In this document: piece by piece, positions 39,018-59,979 of the stretch
How positions within the stretch are numbered: the first letter of the stretch is position 1
Layout of the letters: every line of letters starts with the position of its first letter
From: the human T2T-CHM13v2.0 reference genome, Homo sapiens
Length of the DNA stretch: 64,000 bases
Assembly: GCF_009914755.1 (NCBI RefSeq)
Contig: NC_060934.1
Strand: one strand, 5' to 3'
The notes under the pieces: generated by a model
Told to the model about the DNA's origin: nothing
The model's input: only the letters and a program-made list of their open reading frames with translations
The model's database searches: none
Translations under genes and position numbers: made by a program

Positions 39018-39675
39018 TTACCAAGAAACTCATCAAACCCTTTTCCAAAACTGGTTCATTCATTCTTTGAAATGTGTCTTCCCATGCATTCTGCTGTGTC
39101 TATTGAGGAATAATGAAACTATAATTAAACCATGATTAGAACATAAGGGCTCAAGTGTGTTGAGGCCCATCTACCTGTATCTCCTGGAGATCCAAGACCT
39201 GGGATGATCACAGTAAGGAGGCCACCACATTAAACAGAAACATGTTCTGGGAACCTTCTTTATTCTAGGTATTGTGAGAGTCAGTGAGGAAACAACAGAT
39301 GTGTTATTCTTCACTTCAGGGAGGGAGGCAAATTTCATGTTTAGTGCCACATTAAGGGGGAGCACAGAGGGCCTATAGAATCATGTCAAGAGAAGGGTGG
39401 TAGGTCATGGAGAGAGGCACATGAAGAAGTGATGTCAAAGCTGAAATTTAGGGCTGGGCATGGTGGTGTACACCTGTAATCCCAGCACTTTGAAAGGCTG
39501 AGGCTGGCGGATCACTTGAGCTCAGGAGTTCGAGATCAGCCTGGGCAACACAGCAAGACCCTGTCTCTAAAATCAAATTAAATTAAATTTTAAAAGCTGA
39601 GACTTAAAGAATAAACAGGAGTTTGTGAGAGGGGAGAAGATGGAAAGAAAAAAAAAGTACATCCTAGAAAGAGAT

Positions 39676-41780
<2,105 letters not shown>

Positions 41781-42319
41781 GATACAAAGGCCGTGGAGTC
41801 ACACTGTTTGGATCTGTCTTCAGGAGACCCTATTGTGGAGTGCACAGTTGAACTGTAGCCTCCAGCTGGTGCTTTCACCAGGACCTTGCTTCTGCCAGGA
41901 TACAAAGAGGATACAAAGCCAAGTCATTTCTGTCTGGCATAGGACTCCTCTACAGGCTTATGCTGTAATCCCAGTACTTTGGGAGGCCAAGATGGGTAGA
42001 CCACTTGAGGTCAGGAGTTTGAGACCAGCCTGGCCAACATGGTGAAACCCCATCTCTACTAAAAACACAAAAAAATTAGCCAGGCATGGTGGTGCGCACT
42101 TGTAATCCCAGTTACTTGGGAGGCAGAGGTTGCAGCGAGCTGAGATCGCGTCATAGCACTTCAGCCTGGGTGAAAGAGTGAGACTCCATCTCAAAACAAA
42201 ACAAAAACTGAAGAGGGTGGTTCTTATCTGGCTGATAACTGTTGTGAGATGATTTTGAATATCTGATGTGGCCTTTCTTTGAACGCTGACTCTCGCAGGG
42301 ACAATTCTGTTCCCACAGC

Positions 42320-43531
42320 TGTTTTCACCTGCAATTGCCTTGACCTGAATGAATGCACTCCACTCTGGCCTTTCTTTCCTCTTAACTCCTAAGGAATCCA
42401 CAGATCCACTTTGGATTACCCTCTTCTAAGGCCTGCTCACACCCTTAACAGGACTTTTCATATGGGATCCCAAATGGATTCTCCCTCCCACCAACAGCTC
42501 TCATAATTGACCAGCATCTGTCCTCTATAAACATTCAAACATTCTTTGCCAAAACAAATGCTAAGAGACCAGACCAATCTCAACACAGTAGCCAAGCAGC
42601 TCACCAGAACTTTTCTCAGGCTTGATTTCCTGGCGATGAGTTAAATACCTGCTTCCAGAAGTGCAGGAGATTCACATCAAGCTCTCTTAAGACAGTTTTA
42701 TATGAGAAATCAGCACCTTTCCATCTTCCCTGACAGCTTTGTAAATTTGTCATAAAATGCATTCCCAAATTCATAGCAGATTAGCTACATTATGTATTAC
42801 AATGCTAAGGCAAGACTGAAATAGTTTAGAACACCACACAGCACTTATATATATATAAGCACCACACAGCACTTATATATATATATATATATATATAATC
42901 ATATATATATAATCATATATATAATGAATATATATATATAATCATATATATAATGAATATATATAATGAATATATATATATATATATGAAGTTCCTGTTG
43001 TGAAAGGGGAATAAATATCATATTCATGACTAAAATAGGGATTCACCTCTGACAGAAAAGAATTTGCATAGAAGTAAAATCCTCACTTCAAAGATATCAA
43101 CTCTGGCCTGATGCAGTGGCTCATGCCTGTAATTCCAGCACTTTGGGAGGCTGAGGCAGGCAGATCATCTGAGGTCAGGAGTATGAGACCAACCTGGCCA
43201 ACGTGGTGAAACCCCGTCTCTACTAAAAATACAAAAAAATTAGCCAGCATGGTGGCGGGTGCCTGGAATCCCAGCTGTTTGGGAGGCTGAGGCACAAGAA
43301 TTGCTTGAACCTGGGAGGAGAAGGTTACAGTGAGCCAAGATCATGCCAACTCACTCCAGCCTGGGAGACAGAGTGAGACTCCATCTCAAAATAAAAAAAG
43401 AAAAAAAAGAATCAGCTCTACAAATCTTCATGTCCAGTACTGTTATGTTTCCAATCCAAAGATCGTCTATATTCTACCACACTTTATTAAAATATTAGAC
43501 ACTTACATTAAGAAATATGCTTATAACTAGC
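42320..43531 (+). repeat. Copy 2 (probable source) of the local direct repeat, with expanded AT microsatellite at ~42846-42988
   Basis: Same sequence as 31938-33029 plus ~120 nt of AT-rich expansion. Confidence 0.97.
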
Positions 43532-43869
43532 TGGCTTGAAATAATGCAGAATTACCTTTAAAATGAATATGAACAAATATTAGAGAGTATCTAGCAATAA
43601 AATATGTATCAGTTACTAAAAGTAATAATGATATAGATGATAGGTGAAATTCTGGCATTCTGATAGCTTTGAGTGAATAGCTATGAAAAGTTTAAGTCTT
43701 CTTTAGGTTCACTCTTAATAATAAATTGCTTTATCTGGAGTGTGGTTCCAAAATAAGTCACTAAGGAAGAAAAGTATTCAAGAGAAACTGCCCGAGTATC
43801 CTTAGCTATTGGATTTAGCAGACTTCATAAACATGTTCAAAATGGAAGTCTGTTTATTATATTAAAGAA

Positions 43870-46250
<2,381 letters not shown>

Positions 46251-46509
46251 TTTATACGTGTATGTATGTACATACAGAGAGGGAGACAGAACAGGTTTGG
46301 GGCAATAAAAAACGGGCAGAATGATAACAACTGGTAAATCTGGATGCAGGGTATATGAGACATCCATGTATTATGCTGGCAACATTTCTGCCAGTTTGAA
46401 ATTACATTAAGATTTAAGATTATCAACCAAAAGGTCAAGAATATAATGTAACAAGCTTCCTGTAACAATATCTATCTTTTTTCAATGAAGACCATATACA
46501 GCTTAAATT

Positions 46510-48030
<1,521 letters not shown>

Positions 48031-48174
48031 TCATCTCACTTCCAACTTTTTCCCCTCAAGAACAATTTGAATCTCTTTGGCATCCAAAGTCTCATAGGTC
48101 AATAAAGCTTCTGCGAGATTCTTATGCTCCTTTGCATGAGTTTTCAAGATATGTTTTGCTCGTTCATATGAGTC
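48031..48174 (-). CDS. YME1L1: YME1L1 last coding exon (DSYERAKHILK...GKKLEVR*), tandem stops TGA TAA
   Basis: ttcAG acceptor; stop at 48033-48031. Confidence 0.97.
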   Translation of the reverse strand, partial: DSYERAKHILKTHAKEHKNLAEALLTYETLDAKEIQIVLEGKKLEVR

Positions 48175-48983
48175 CTGAAACAGAAAAGGAGATACGTAAG
48201 CAGCAGCAAATGCAGGGATGCGAAAACCAGTCAATGGGAAGAGAAAGAAAAACTTTATGTACCCTAAAAAATATGAAATCTGTTTATATTTATAAAATCA
48301 TGTAGAATCTTGATTCTACAGTAGAGATAATTTGTGCATTATAACATAGTAAGGAAAAGAGAATAAACACCTGAGAAGGCAGAGACCACCTCTTCTATAA
48401 CACTCTCTAAACCTTTCCATCATACAAACTTTCTGTATCCTTAACTACTCTAAAGCATTCCCTCTACTTCCTTGAAATAATCAAACCCATGGTCCCTCCT
48501 GTGGAGAATGCATTCCCTAAGCCCTCTCAAGTGCTATTTGTTCATGTTTACCCTAGTTACTTCACAGTAAACAGCTGAGCTCATTGTTCCCATTACCTCT
48601 TTCAGACCATTACTAACCTACCCTCTTATATAATGCACTCTTCCTATTCTGTTGAAGTCCAGGCCATTTGACTATGGAGCTATCCAACCGTCTTCATTGT
48701 GCCATCTGACAAACATAGTCCTTACTCACTAAAGACTTTGGCACTCAGCTCTGTCACTCTCTCTCTCTCTATTTTTTTTTCAGTCTCACTGTTGCTTAGG
48801 CTGGAGTGAAGTCAGGCAATCACAACTCACTACGGCCTCAACCTCCCTGGGCTCAGGTGATCCTCCCACCTCAGCCCAAGTAGCTGGGACTACAGGCATG
48901 AACCACCATGCCCAGCTAATTTTTCTATGTTTTGTAGAGATGAGGTTTTGCCATGTTGCCCAGGCTGGTCAGTCTTACCCTTA

Positions 48984-49106
<123 letters not shown>

Positions 49107-49273
49107 CTACAAAAAATAACAAAATTAGCTAGGCATGGCAGCATGCGCTTATAGTCCCAGCTACTCAGGAGGCTGAGGTGGGAGGATCACTTGAGCTTGG
49201 GAGACAGAGGTTGCAATGAGCCAAGATCACAGCACTGCACTCCAGCCTGGGTGACAGGGCAAGATGCTGTCTC

Positions 49274-49304
<31 letters not shown>

Positions 49305-49604
49305 CCTGCCTTCATGAATGGGTAGCTTCAACATTCAAATGCAATACATAACCAATCTCTCCACTAAGTTCCCACATCTATTTCCAACTAAGATGCCTCA
49401 AATTCAACATACATAATACTGAAATTGGGCCGGGCGCAGTGGCTCATGCCTGTAATCCCAGCACTTTGGGAGGCCGAGGTGGGTGGATCGCCTGAGGTCA
49501 AGAGTTTGAGATCAGCCTGGCCAACATAGTGAAACCCTGTCTCTACTAAAAATACAAAAAATTAGCCAGGCATGGTGGCACGCGCCTGTAATCCCAGCTA
49601 CTCA

Positions 49605-49709
<105 letters not shown>

Positions 49710-50559
49710 TCAAAAAAAAAAAAAAAAGAAAAAACAAAAACAAAAAACTGAAATCATAGAGCTAGGCATAGTGGTGTGTGCCTGTAGCCCCAGCTACTTG
49801 GGAGGTTGACTTGAGCCCAGGAGTTCAAGTCCAGCCTGGGCAATATAGCAAGACCCATCCCCTTAAAAAAAAAATGACAAAACCCACAAAAAACCAACAA
49901 TAAAACACCTACTAAACTTATTTCTTAGGTTGCAGTGAGCCGAGATCATGCCACTACACTCTAGCCTGGGCAGCAGAATGAGACTCCATAAAAAAAAAAA
50001 AAAAAATTTATTTGTTGAATACATGTCAAAGACTCAATAAACAATACTCTTCCCATTCTATTACCTCTTACAGTTTTGCAGCTAAAGTACAATTGAATTT
50101 TATATACATATAAAATTTTATATATAGATTTTATTTCAACAGCTTATGGGGTACAAGTGGTTTTGGTTACATGGATGAATTGTATAGTGGTAAAGTCTGG
50201 GATTTTAGTGTATCCATACCTACATAGTGTACACTGTACCTAATACCTAATATGTAGTTATTTTGTCCCTCACCCTGAGAATTGAATTTTTACAACCATG
50301 CAATATAGAACTGTTCTTAGCCCGTGTCCAGGTTCATGAACAGAGAGGTGCCTTAATAACATTTAAATCATTGCTGAAATGCTGCAACTATTATCTTTAT
50401 TTTTTAATTTTTTCCCCAGACACCATGGTGACTATTATCTTTATTTTATAAAATGATGTTTCTAGTGAACAGAGGGCCTTCAGCTGTTATTTTTTAAGAA
50501 CCTGACTATTTAAGCACATTGTTCCTAAGAAAATAAATAAGCACAAAAAATATTATTAC

Positions 50560-50646
50560 CCTTAGAAGGATTCTTATTTCTTGTTCGATGGCAGATTGGG
50601 TTTCTGGACTTAGTTTCCCTGTATCACTGTAGGTCATAACTCCAAG
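50560..50646 (-). CDS. YME1L1: YME1L1 penultimate exon (87 nt; [29 protein letters not shown])
   Basis: ttttAG / AGG|GTAATA. Confidence 0.96.
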
Positions 50647-51138
50647 CTAAAACCAAAAGGAAGAAAGTAATTGAACAGAAAACCCCCAAACACCAACAAA
50701 TTTGAAAGAGAAAGTACTATCCTATATATAAGGAAACAAATATATGGGGGACAAGAAAGAAGTACAATAGAAAACTGCATTTGAGGCCGGGCACAGTGGC
50801 TCACACCTGTAATCCTAGGATTTTGGGAGGCCGAGGCGGGTGGATCACCTGAGGTTAGGAGTTCGAGACCAGCCTGGAAACACGGAGAAACGCCATTTCT
50901 TCTAAAAACACAAAAAATAGCTGGGCATAGCGGCACGTGCCTGTAATCACAGCTACTCAGGAGGCTGAGGCAGGAGAATCGCTTGAACCCAGGAGGCGGT
51001 GGTTGCAGTAAGCTGACATTGCGCCACTGCACTCCAGCCTAGGTGACAGAGCGAGACTCCGTCTCCAAAAAAAATAAAAATAAAAACTGCATTTGAGGGC
51101 AAAGAAATTTCCACATTCTTCTGAAAGTATAAAGACTA

Positions 51139-51354
<216 letters not shown>

Positions 51355-52098
51355 TTAAAATCTTTTTTTTTTTTTTTGGAGACAGGGTCTTGCTCTGTCA
51401 CCCAGGGTAGAGTGCAGTGGACTCACTGTAGCCTCGACCTCCTGGGTTCAGAGAATCCTCCCACCTCAGACTCCCAAGTAGCTGGGATTACAGGCACACA
51501 CCACCATACCTGGCTAATTTTTGTATTTTTTTAGAGATGGGGTTGTGCCATGTTGCCCAGGCTGGTCCAGAACTCACTCCTGGGCTCAAGCAATACAGTC
51601 TCCTCAGCCTCCCAAAGTGCTGGGATTACAGATGTGAGCCACAGTGCCCAGCCTAAAATCATTTTAAGTCTGGTTCTCAGTACTTTCTTGAAAAACCTTG
51701 GCAGCTACTTCAAATATAGAAATCCATAATTCACAGAGTATAGTAGTGCTTCAAGGAACAATGACAAGATGAAAATATGAAATAGAGGGAAACAGTAAAG
51801 TAACCAAACTTAGAAAGTAGACTCTTTCATGCCACATGGAAAAGCTAAGGAATTCACCTTGCTTTATCACTTAATTAACTCGTGAAGTAATAGTTACTAT
51901 CTGGGCAGCTCATTCTCAGCAGCTAAGAGAAGGTCCATTTTCTTTATTCAGAGAATAACAATGTTCAGAATAAAGAGCCTCAAATCCATTTGGAGTGAGA
52001 GAAAAAGTGAATATTACCAATTTATAATCAGAACCAGCTCTCAAATCAACACTTGACACATAATTTGATACATGAAAAGGATTTAAAAAATCTATTAC

Positions 52099-52172
52099 CT
52101 TTTCACTCATTCCAAATTTGGTAACCATCCGCTTTGCTATTTTAGTGGCATTATCAAAATCACTGGAAGCAC
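52099..52172 (-). CDS. YME1L1: YME1L1 exon (74 nt; GASSDFDNATKIAKRMVTKFGMSEK), preceded by an 85-nt intron
   Basis: ttttAG / AAG|GTAATA; GASSD motif. Confidence 0.97.
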
Positions 52173-52257
52173 CTAAAATAAAATAAAAACATACCATTTT
52201 AAAACATATCTTTAAGACCACATATAATTTGAACTAAAGCCATTCTTTAAAGCTAAC

Positions 52258-52384
52258 CTGTTGTAATATGGTCGGTTCCAAATATAAGCTCCTCTGCCAC
52301 TCTTCCTCCCATACTAACATCCATTTGTGCAAGCAGCTGGGCTCTAGTTTCATTCCATCTGTCATTCTCAGGTAACAGGGACAC
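52258..52384 (-). CDS. YME1L1: YME1L1 exon (127 nt; VSLLPENDRW...GGRVAEELIFG...ITT)
   Basis: tctAG / G|GTTAGC. Confidence 0.97.
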
Positions 52385-52544
52385 CTAGACAATTAAAAAT
52401 TAATCAGATAAAAAATAAGGAAAGAGGCTGGGTGCGGTGGTTCACGCCTGAATCCCAGCACTTTGGCAGGCGAGGTGGGTGGATCACCTGAGGTTGGGAG
52501 TTCGAGACCAGCCTGACCAACATGGAGAAATCCTGTCTCTACTA

Positions 52545-52703
<159 letters not shown>

Positions 52704-53317
52704 TCAAAAATAAAATACAATAAATAAAATAAAACCAAATTAAATTAAAATAAAATAAAATGTAATGAAAGAAATTCAGATACAGGCTGGGTGCAGTGGC
52801 TCATACCTGTAGTCTCAGCACTTTGGGAGGCTGAGGTGTGAGGATCACTTGAGCCCAGGAGTTTGAGAGTAGCCTGGGCAACATCGCGAGACTCCATCAA
52901 TATAAAATAAAATAAAAATTTAAAAAAAATTCAGATACAGTTCTGATATAGTTACATTAAAAACCAGAATTTCAGCACCGTAAGACTGGGCAAAATAAAA
53001 AAATACAAACCAGAATTATCATTTAGCTCTCACTAAAGTACTTTATACCATGTTGCTGAAAGCTGGTCATCAGGGGACCGATGAAAAACCAGCAATTAGA
53101 GAATAAAAACATCCTTTATAAAGCAACAACAATAGGTGGATAATGCTGCAATAGGACTGTTTTCTCCCCAGGTGCATAGAAATTTTTTAAATGTCTACAA
53201 TGTTGAAAGATCTGATAAACTTGTACTAAATGATAAAAATCTTAGAGAAACTACTGAATCAGTTACTACAAAACATAATGTTTTCCCTTTTGGGGCAGCG
53301 GAGTAATTAGATATTTA

Positions 53318-53766
<449 letters not shown>

Positions 53767-53854
53767 CTAAGATAAATTTAATTGAGTAAATACTCCATTA
53801 GAAAGGTATATTTAAATCAACAAAACACATTCTTGTCTGCAAATCAAATACACT

Positions 53855-54150
53855 CCACCCTTCCTATCAGCAGATTCTGCATCCATAGATTCAACCAAAT
53901 AAGGATTAAAACTATGGGGAAGAGGAACAATAAAAAATAATACAAATGAAAAAAATACATTATGACAACTATTTACAGAGCATTTATATTGTATTAGTAA
54001 TCTAGAGATGATTTGAAGTATACAGGAGAATTATGTAGGTATATGCAAATAGTACACCATTTTATAAAAGACACTTGAGCATCCCTGAATTTTGGTATCC
54101 ACATGGGTCCTGGAACCAATCCCCACCCCTTCAGTGGATACTGAGAGGTG
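53855..54150. mobile_element. MER2 (Tigger family) DNA transposon fossil
   Basis: ttctgcatccatagattcaacc ... ggatactgagagg motifs. Confidence 0.75.
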
Positions 54151-55332
54151 AATGTATCTGATATGGGATTAATATTATAAAACAAAAAACTCATTCTCCT
54201 TAAAGTCATTCTTATTATAGCTCACTCCAACCTTGAACTCTTAGCCTCAAGCAATCCACCCACCTCAGCTTCCCAAAGTGCTGGGATTACAGGCATGTGC
54301 CACTGCACCTAGCTTTAGTAATTTTTAGTAATTTTGTTTCTTTTTAAACAGGGTCTGTAACCCAGGCTGGAATACAGTGGCATGATCATGGCTCACTGTA
54401 GCTTTAACTTCTTGGACTTAAGTAATCCTCCCACCTAGGACTCCCAAGTAGATGGGACCACAGTCGCATGCCACCCCACCCAACTAATTTTTAAAATTTT
54501 TGGTAGAGATGGAGTCTTGCTATGTTGCCCAGCTGATCTTGAACTCCAACGATTCTGGGCTCAAGCAGTCCTCCTGCCTTGGCCTCCCAAAGTGCTGGGA
54601 TTACAGGTGTGAGCCACCACGCCCAGTCTACAAAGTTTTTTAAAATGGGCAGAATTCATTCCTAACACATACAAACTTTAACAATTTAACTGAAAACCAA
54701 AACTGTCAAAACTATCATCTTAATTCAAAAGGGAAAACTTATTTCTATTTCTATAAAATAAACTTCCAGTTTAACAAGAATATCATAATTAATGTGATTT
54801 TAAGCCAATCCAAGATTTAAAATCGAAATTAAGCACAGAATAAAGTATCCTTTTTCGCAGCAATGTCTGACAAGAGGAAATGTATACGTGCCTCATCTCC
54901 CCACTACCAGTTTAACTATATAATTACATAAGCAACTAGAATATATTTGTTTCGTAAGATGCCAAATTGTGGTGTTGTCAAGTATATATTTTCATGTTCC
55001 CATCACTTTTTAAAGCTTTCCAGTCAGAAAAAAAGGTTTTCTAAGAAAGAGACAAAACTAATAAATGTGGTACACTATAAAATCAGTTCTGTATCACTGA
55101 CAAGATTATTGTCAAGAAAATGTTACAGTTTAATGGCATTTGTTTGATGTTAAGTTGGGAATTTTGTAAAATCATTTATTACAAATCTTGAAAACCCAGA
55201 CACTGAAGTTTTAGAGTAAGATTAGATTCAACATAGCCATGGCTTTAGCTGTTTGAATAGAGTATTTGCCCCTAAATGAATTATCTAACACAATGAAAAG
55301 TAAAAGACAGAAAAAAAAGAAAGGAAACCTAC

Positions 55333-55488
55333 CCATTAGAATTTTGTCTTTGGAAAACTCCAGCTCCTTCATGGTAACCATTTCTTTTCCATCAACAGCT
55401 GCTTTTAATGCAGCCTGGTTCACAAGATTCTCCAACTCTGCTCCGGAAAAGCCAACAGTACCTCGAGCTATAATTTCTGGATCAACGG
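55333..55488 (-). CDS. YME1L1: YME1L1 exon (156 nt; [26 protein letters not shown]...KILM)
   Basis: attAG / G|GTAGGT. Confidence 0.97.
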
Positions 55489-56473
55489 CTAATGTAAAAA
55501 GAGAACACAACGCTAATAAGTCTAAAACAGGTAAAAGAAAGCTCTTCACAAAGAACTCACATTCCAACTGGGTGCGTTGGCTCATGCCTGTAATCCCAGC
55601 ACTTTGGGAGGCTGGGGCAGGCAGATCACCTAAGGACAGGAGTTGGAGACCATCCTGGCCAACATGGTGAAACCCCATCTCTACTAAAAATACAAAAATT
55701 AGCTGGGCATGGTGGCATGCACCTGTAATCCCAGCTATTCAGAAGGCTGAGGCAGAAGAATCACTTGAACCCGGGAGGTGGAGGTTGCAGTAAGCCAAGA
55801 TTGTGCCACTCCACTCCAGCCTAGGCAAAAAGGGCAAAACTCTTGTCTCAAAAAAAAACCAAAAAAAAAAAACACCTCACATTCCAAGGGAAAAAAGAAA
55901 ATAGCTAGCTATTCTGAGCCATAGTTTAGTCACTTTTTCTCTGAATTTCATCTGGAAATACTTTAGACATAAAAGCTGCCCTTATAGGAAACATGTATAG
56001 TTTAATGAATTGATACAGCTATCTCTGAAACTACTGCAGCTTTAATAATTTCATTTATTACTCAAGTGAGTAATAAATTTCCATGTGTTTTGTTTTATAA
56101 TTTGCTTTCTTCTCTTTTGGCCCCACACTGACTATATCATGAGTTACTGTTTCTGCAGCTTTTTTAAATTATTTTGCATTTTACATTCATCTTAAAAAAA
56201 TGTGTGTGTGTGTATGTATATGTATGTATCCTCAAATATTATCTGTCTGAATACTCTAAAAAAACCTTTCTTTAGACTCAGGGTTCAAAACAATAGAATC
56301 TCCTGGATATACACTAAGGAATGGACTTTTAAACGAACATACTAATGGAAAAAAAAAAGACAAAAATGAACTGGTCTTTTAATGTTAATACATGTATCAT
56401 GAAAGGACCACAAACAGGGTGAGTGGTATATTACCACTTTACAGAAATGACAAATGTTTGTTTTGATACTTAC

Positions 56474-56586
56474 ATTGATCAAACTTTATTTTATTGAGAT
56501 ACCATTTCAAAATTTCTGTTCGACCTTTTACATCTGGCCTTGGAACTGTAACTTGCATGTCAAAACGACCAGGACGTATTAAGGCA
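56474..56586 (-). CDS. YME1L1: YME1L1 exon (113 nt; [18 protein letters not shown]...IKFDQ) with arginine finger
   Basis: tgtAG / T|GTAAGT. Confidence 0.97.
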
Positions 56587-57424
56587 CTACAGGAAGAATG
56601 CAAAAGGAAAATATAAATTAAAACTATTTAAGCTCAAATTCAACAGGACTGACACCCTAATGACATGACTGGGAAGCCAATGGCAGCCAGAGCGCAGATG
56701 GAGTTTTGTACATAAATATTCAGATAGTTCCTTTAAAACATGGCTCAAGTAACAGTGTCAATAACCAGAAAGCAGAACAAAGGTTCATTTAGATACACGT
56801 GTGTACCTAGGTAGCCTACCCCTCAGAAACAAAAGCATGCAGGTAATTCAGTCCAGGAACAAATAATTCCACAACAAACTATTATGAGAACCACACATCC
56901 ATCTCAACTGCTAAGTACAGAATGTTAGACTAGAGTCTTAGGCAGTGACAAACTACTGATCAAATGAAAATACGAATAACTTCTACAGTAAAATTTTTTC
57001 ATAGTAACTTTAAACCTAGTTATAATACTACAGTTAATTTATTTTAAAAACCCTCTCTACATACAACTTTTGTGACATATAACAAATAAATATTTTAAGT
57101 TTTATTGAGATGTAATTCACATAATTTAAAGTGGATACTTCAGTGGTTTTTAATACATTCAGAATTGTACAACCATCACCACAATCTAATTTTAGAATAT
57201 TCCCATCCCCCACAAAGAAATCCCATATCCAATGACAGCCATTCCCCATTCTCCCTAACCTCTGGTAACCGCTAACCCAATTTGTCTCTGTGAATTTGCT
57301 TATTCTGGATATTGCATATAAATGGAATCATACAGTGTTGATGTGATCTTTTGCAACGGACTTCTTTTAGCACAATTTTGTAGCATGTAACAGTACTTCA
57401 CAAAAATCTTCTTTTAATACTTAC

Positions 57425-57487
57425 TTATCTAATGCCTCTGGGAAGTTTGTGGCTCCTATTATGATAACTCCTTCATTGGGTTTAAAA
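57425..57487 (-). CDS. YME1L1: YME1L1 exon (63 nt; FKPNEGVIIIGATNFPEALD)
   Basis: atAG / AA|GTAAGT; SRH start. Confidence 0.97.
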
Positions 57488-58075
57488 CTATATTGGAAAA
57501 AAAATAGTATCTTTTACTAACACTGAAGCACAGCACACATGTAGAAATGCTCTACACAAAACTGGTTTGTTTTCTTTTTTTGAGACTAGGACTCGCTTTG
57601 TGGCCTAGGCTGAAGCGCACCAGTATGATCATAGCTCACTGCTGCCTCAAACTCCTGGGTTGAAGTGAACCTTCTGCCTCAACCTCTCAAGTAGCTGGAA
57701 TGACAGGTGCATGCCAACATATCTGACTAATTTATTTTTTATTTATTTTTAAATCTTTTCTCCCCAATTTCTAGGTACAAGCCACTATTTTTTTTTTTTT
57801 TTGGAGATGGAGTCTCACTGTCACCCAGGTTGGAGTTCAATGGCGCTCACTGCAACCTCCATCTCCCAGGTTCAAGCAATTCTCATGTCTCAGCTTCCTG
57901 AGTAGCCAGGATTACAGGCGCCTGCCACCACACCCAGCTAATTCTTATATTTTTAGTAAAGACGGGGTTTCACCATGTTGGCCAGGTTGGTCTTGAACTC
58001 CTGACCTCAAGCAATACACCCGCCTCAGCCTCCCAAAGTGCTAGGATTATAGGCTTGAGCTACTGTGCCCGGTGA

Positions 58076-58213
<138 letters not shown>

Positions 58214-58878
58214 TAATCAAATAACAGCCAAGAAAAGAAACTGATAATAAACCACCAATTCATCTCTGACTACATACCTTCACAATTATCTGGTCTATGC
58301 AGGAAAAGATAACCTGATATAAAAAGCTTAGGTGCCTGGTTAATTTTTGAAAAATTACTTTCAAGTATACCAATTCAAATTATTTGCTCCTGGGCTTCCT
58401 ATGTGGTTTCAAAATGTCTTATATTGAGTTTTAAGATACTTCTTTCAAAGCAACATCACCTCTTGCTTCTTATATTATGAACATTGATGTAAGCTTTAAA
58501 TCTGCCACAACACTCAAAGTTAGTCATAAATTATGTAGAAACAACTGTATTTCTTCAAATAGACTACTAGTCTCGGCATAAATCATTGTTTTTCTGTCAT
58601 AAGTGTAACAATAAATGAAAAAGGATATAAATACCATAAATTAAATAAGATGAGTTGATATTCAAATATCCAGTTAGTAATGAAAACAATACAATACTGA
58701 GAGAAAAAGCTTGTCTTGAGTTCTTGCATGAGGGACTACTCTGTTTCCTATACACATCACATTTTTCATATCTCTAGATATGAAATGCCTTATGGAAATA
58801 ATTTGCATAAGATCAATTCTACGTATATCAAATGCTGGGAGGCATCACCATATTCTAAGAAAAAAGAAGACTCAATTA

Positions 58879-59031
<153 letters not shown>

Positions 59032-59448
59032 TCAAATAAGCTGAAAGAAAGTCAACACTTTTGAACAAAACGAGATAAATATTAAAATCCTATACAACTG
59101 TCAAAAGCCAACAAAAAATATTCACTGAAAGAAAAGGACGTCATTTTTTACTGACTTAAAAATAGTATCTTCAGGGGGGAAAAAACTATACCAAAGAAAT
59201 GATATAAAACAAAACAGTTGGGCATTCATTCATTCTTTCCAGCTATACAAATATATACAATCAGGTTTGAAGCTAATTACTCCTTAATTCCATACTACAA
59301 AATTGATGAATAAAATGAAAAAACACTAAGAGATTTTTGGTAGCCTCCAACTTCATCTTGCACTTCCACTAGCTCTTCCGATAATTCATATAGTAAGTTA
59401 CCCAAACCAAGGTCCCACAATGGCTATTTTAACTATCAATCAAAACTA

Positions 59449-59799
<351 letters not shown>

Positions 59800-59979
59800 C
59801 TATAAAATAAATAATTATTCATTTATATAATTTTCAGGCTGAGGTCACACCAATAACCAATATTTTGAAACACAGCAAACCGTACTTGTCTCTGCTAATG
59901 GTTCACTTCAGAATCTTGTCCAAAATTAATGTTCCTGTATTATATAAATATTGTTTCCATATCAACAAGAGACATGACA

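Noticed and set aside
50280-50495. Non-repetitive stretch in the last YME1L1 intron considered as a possible intronic snoRNA
   Set aside because: No correctly spaced C/D or H/ACA boxes found.
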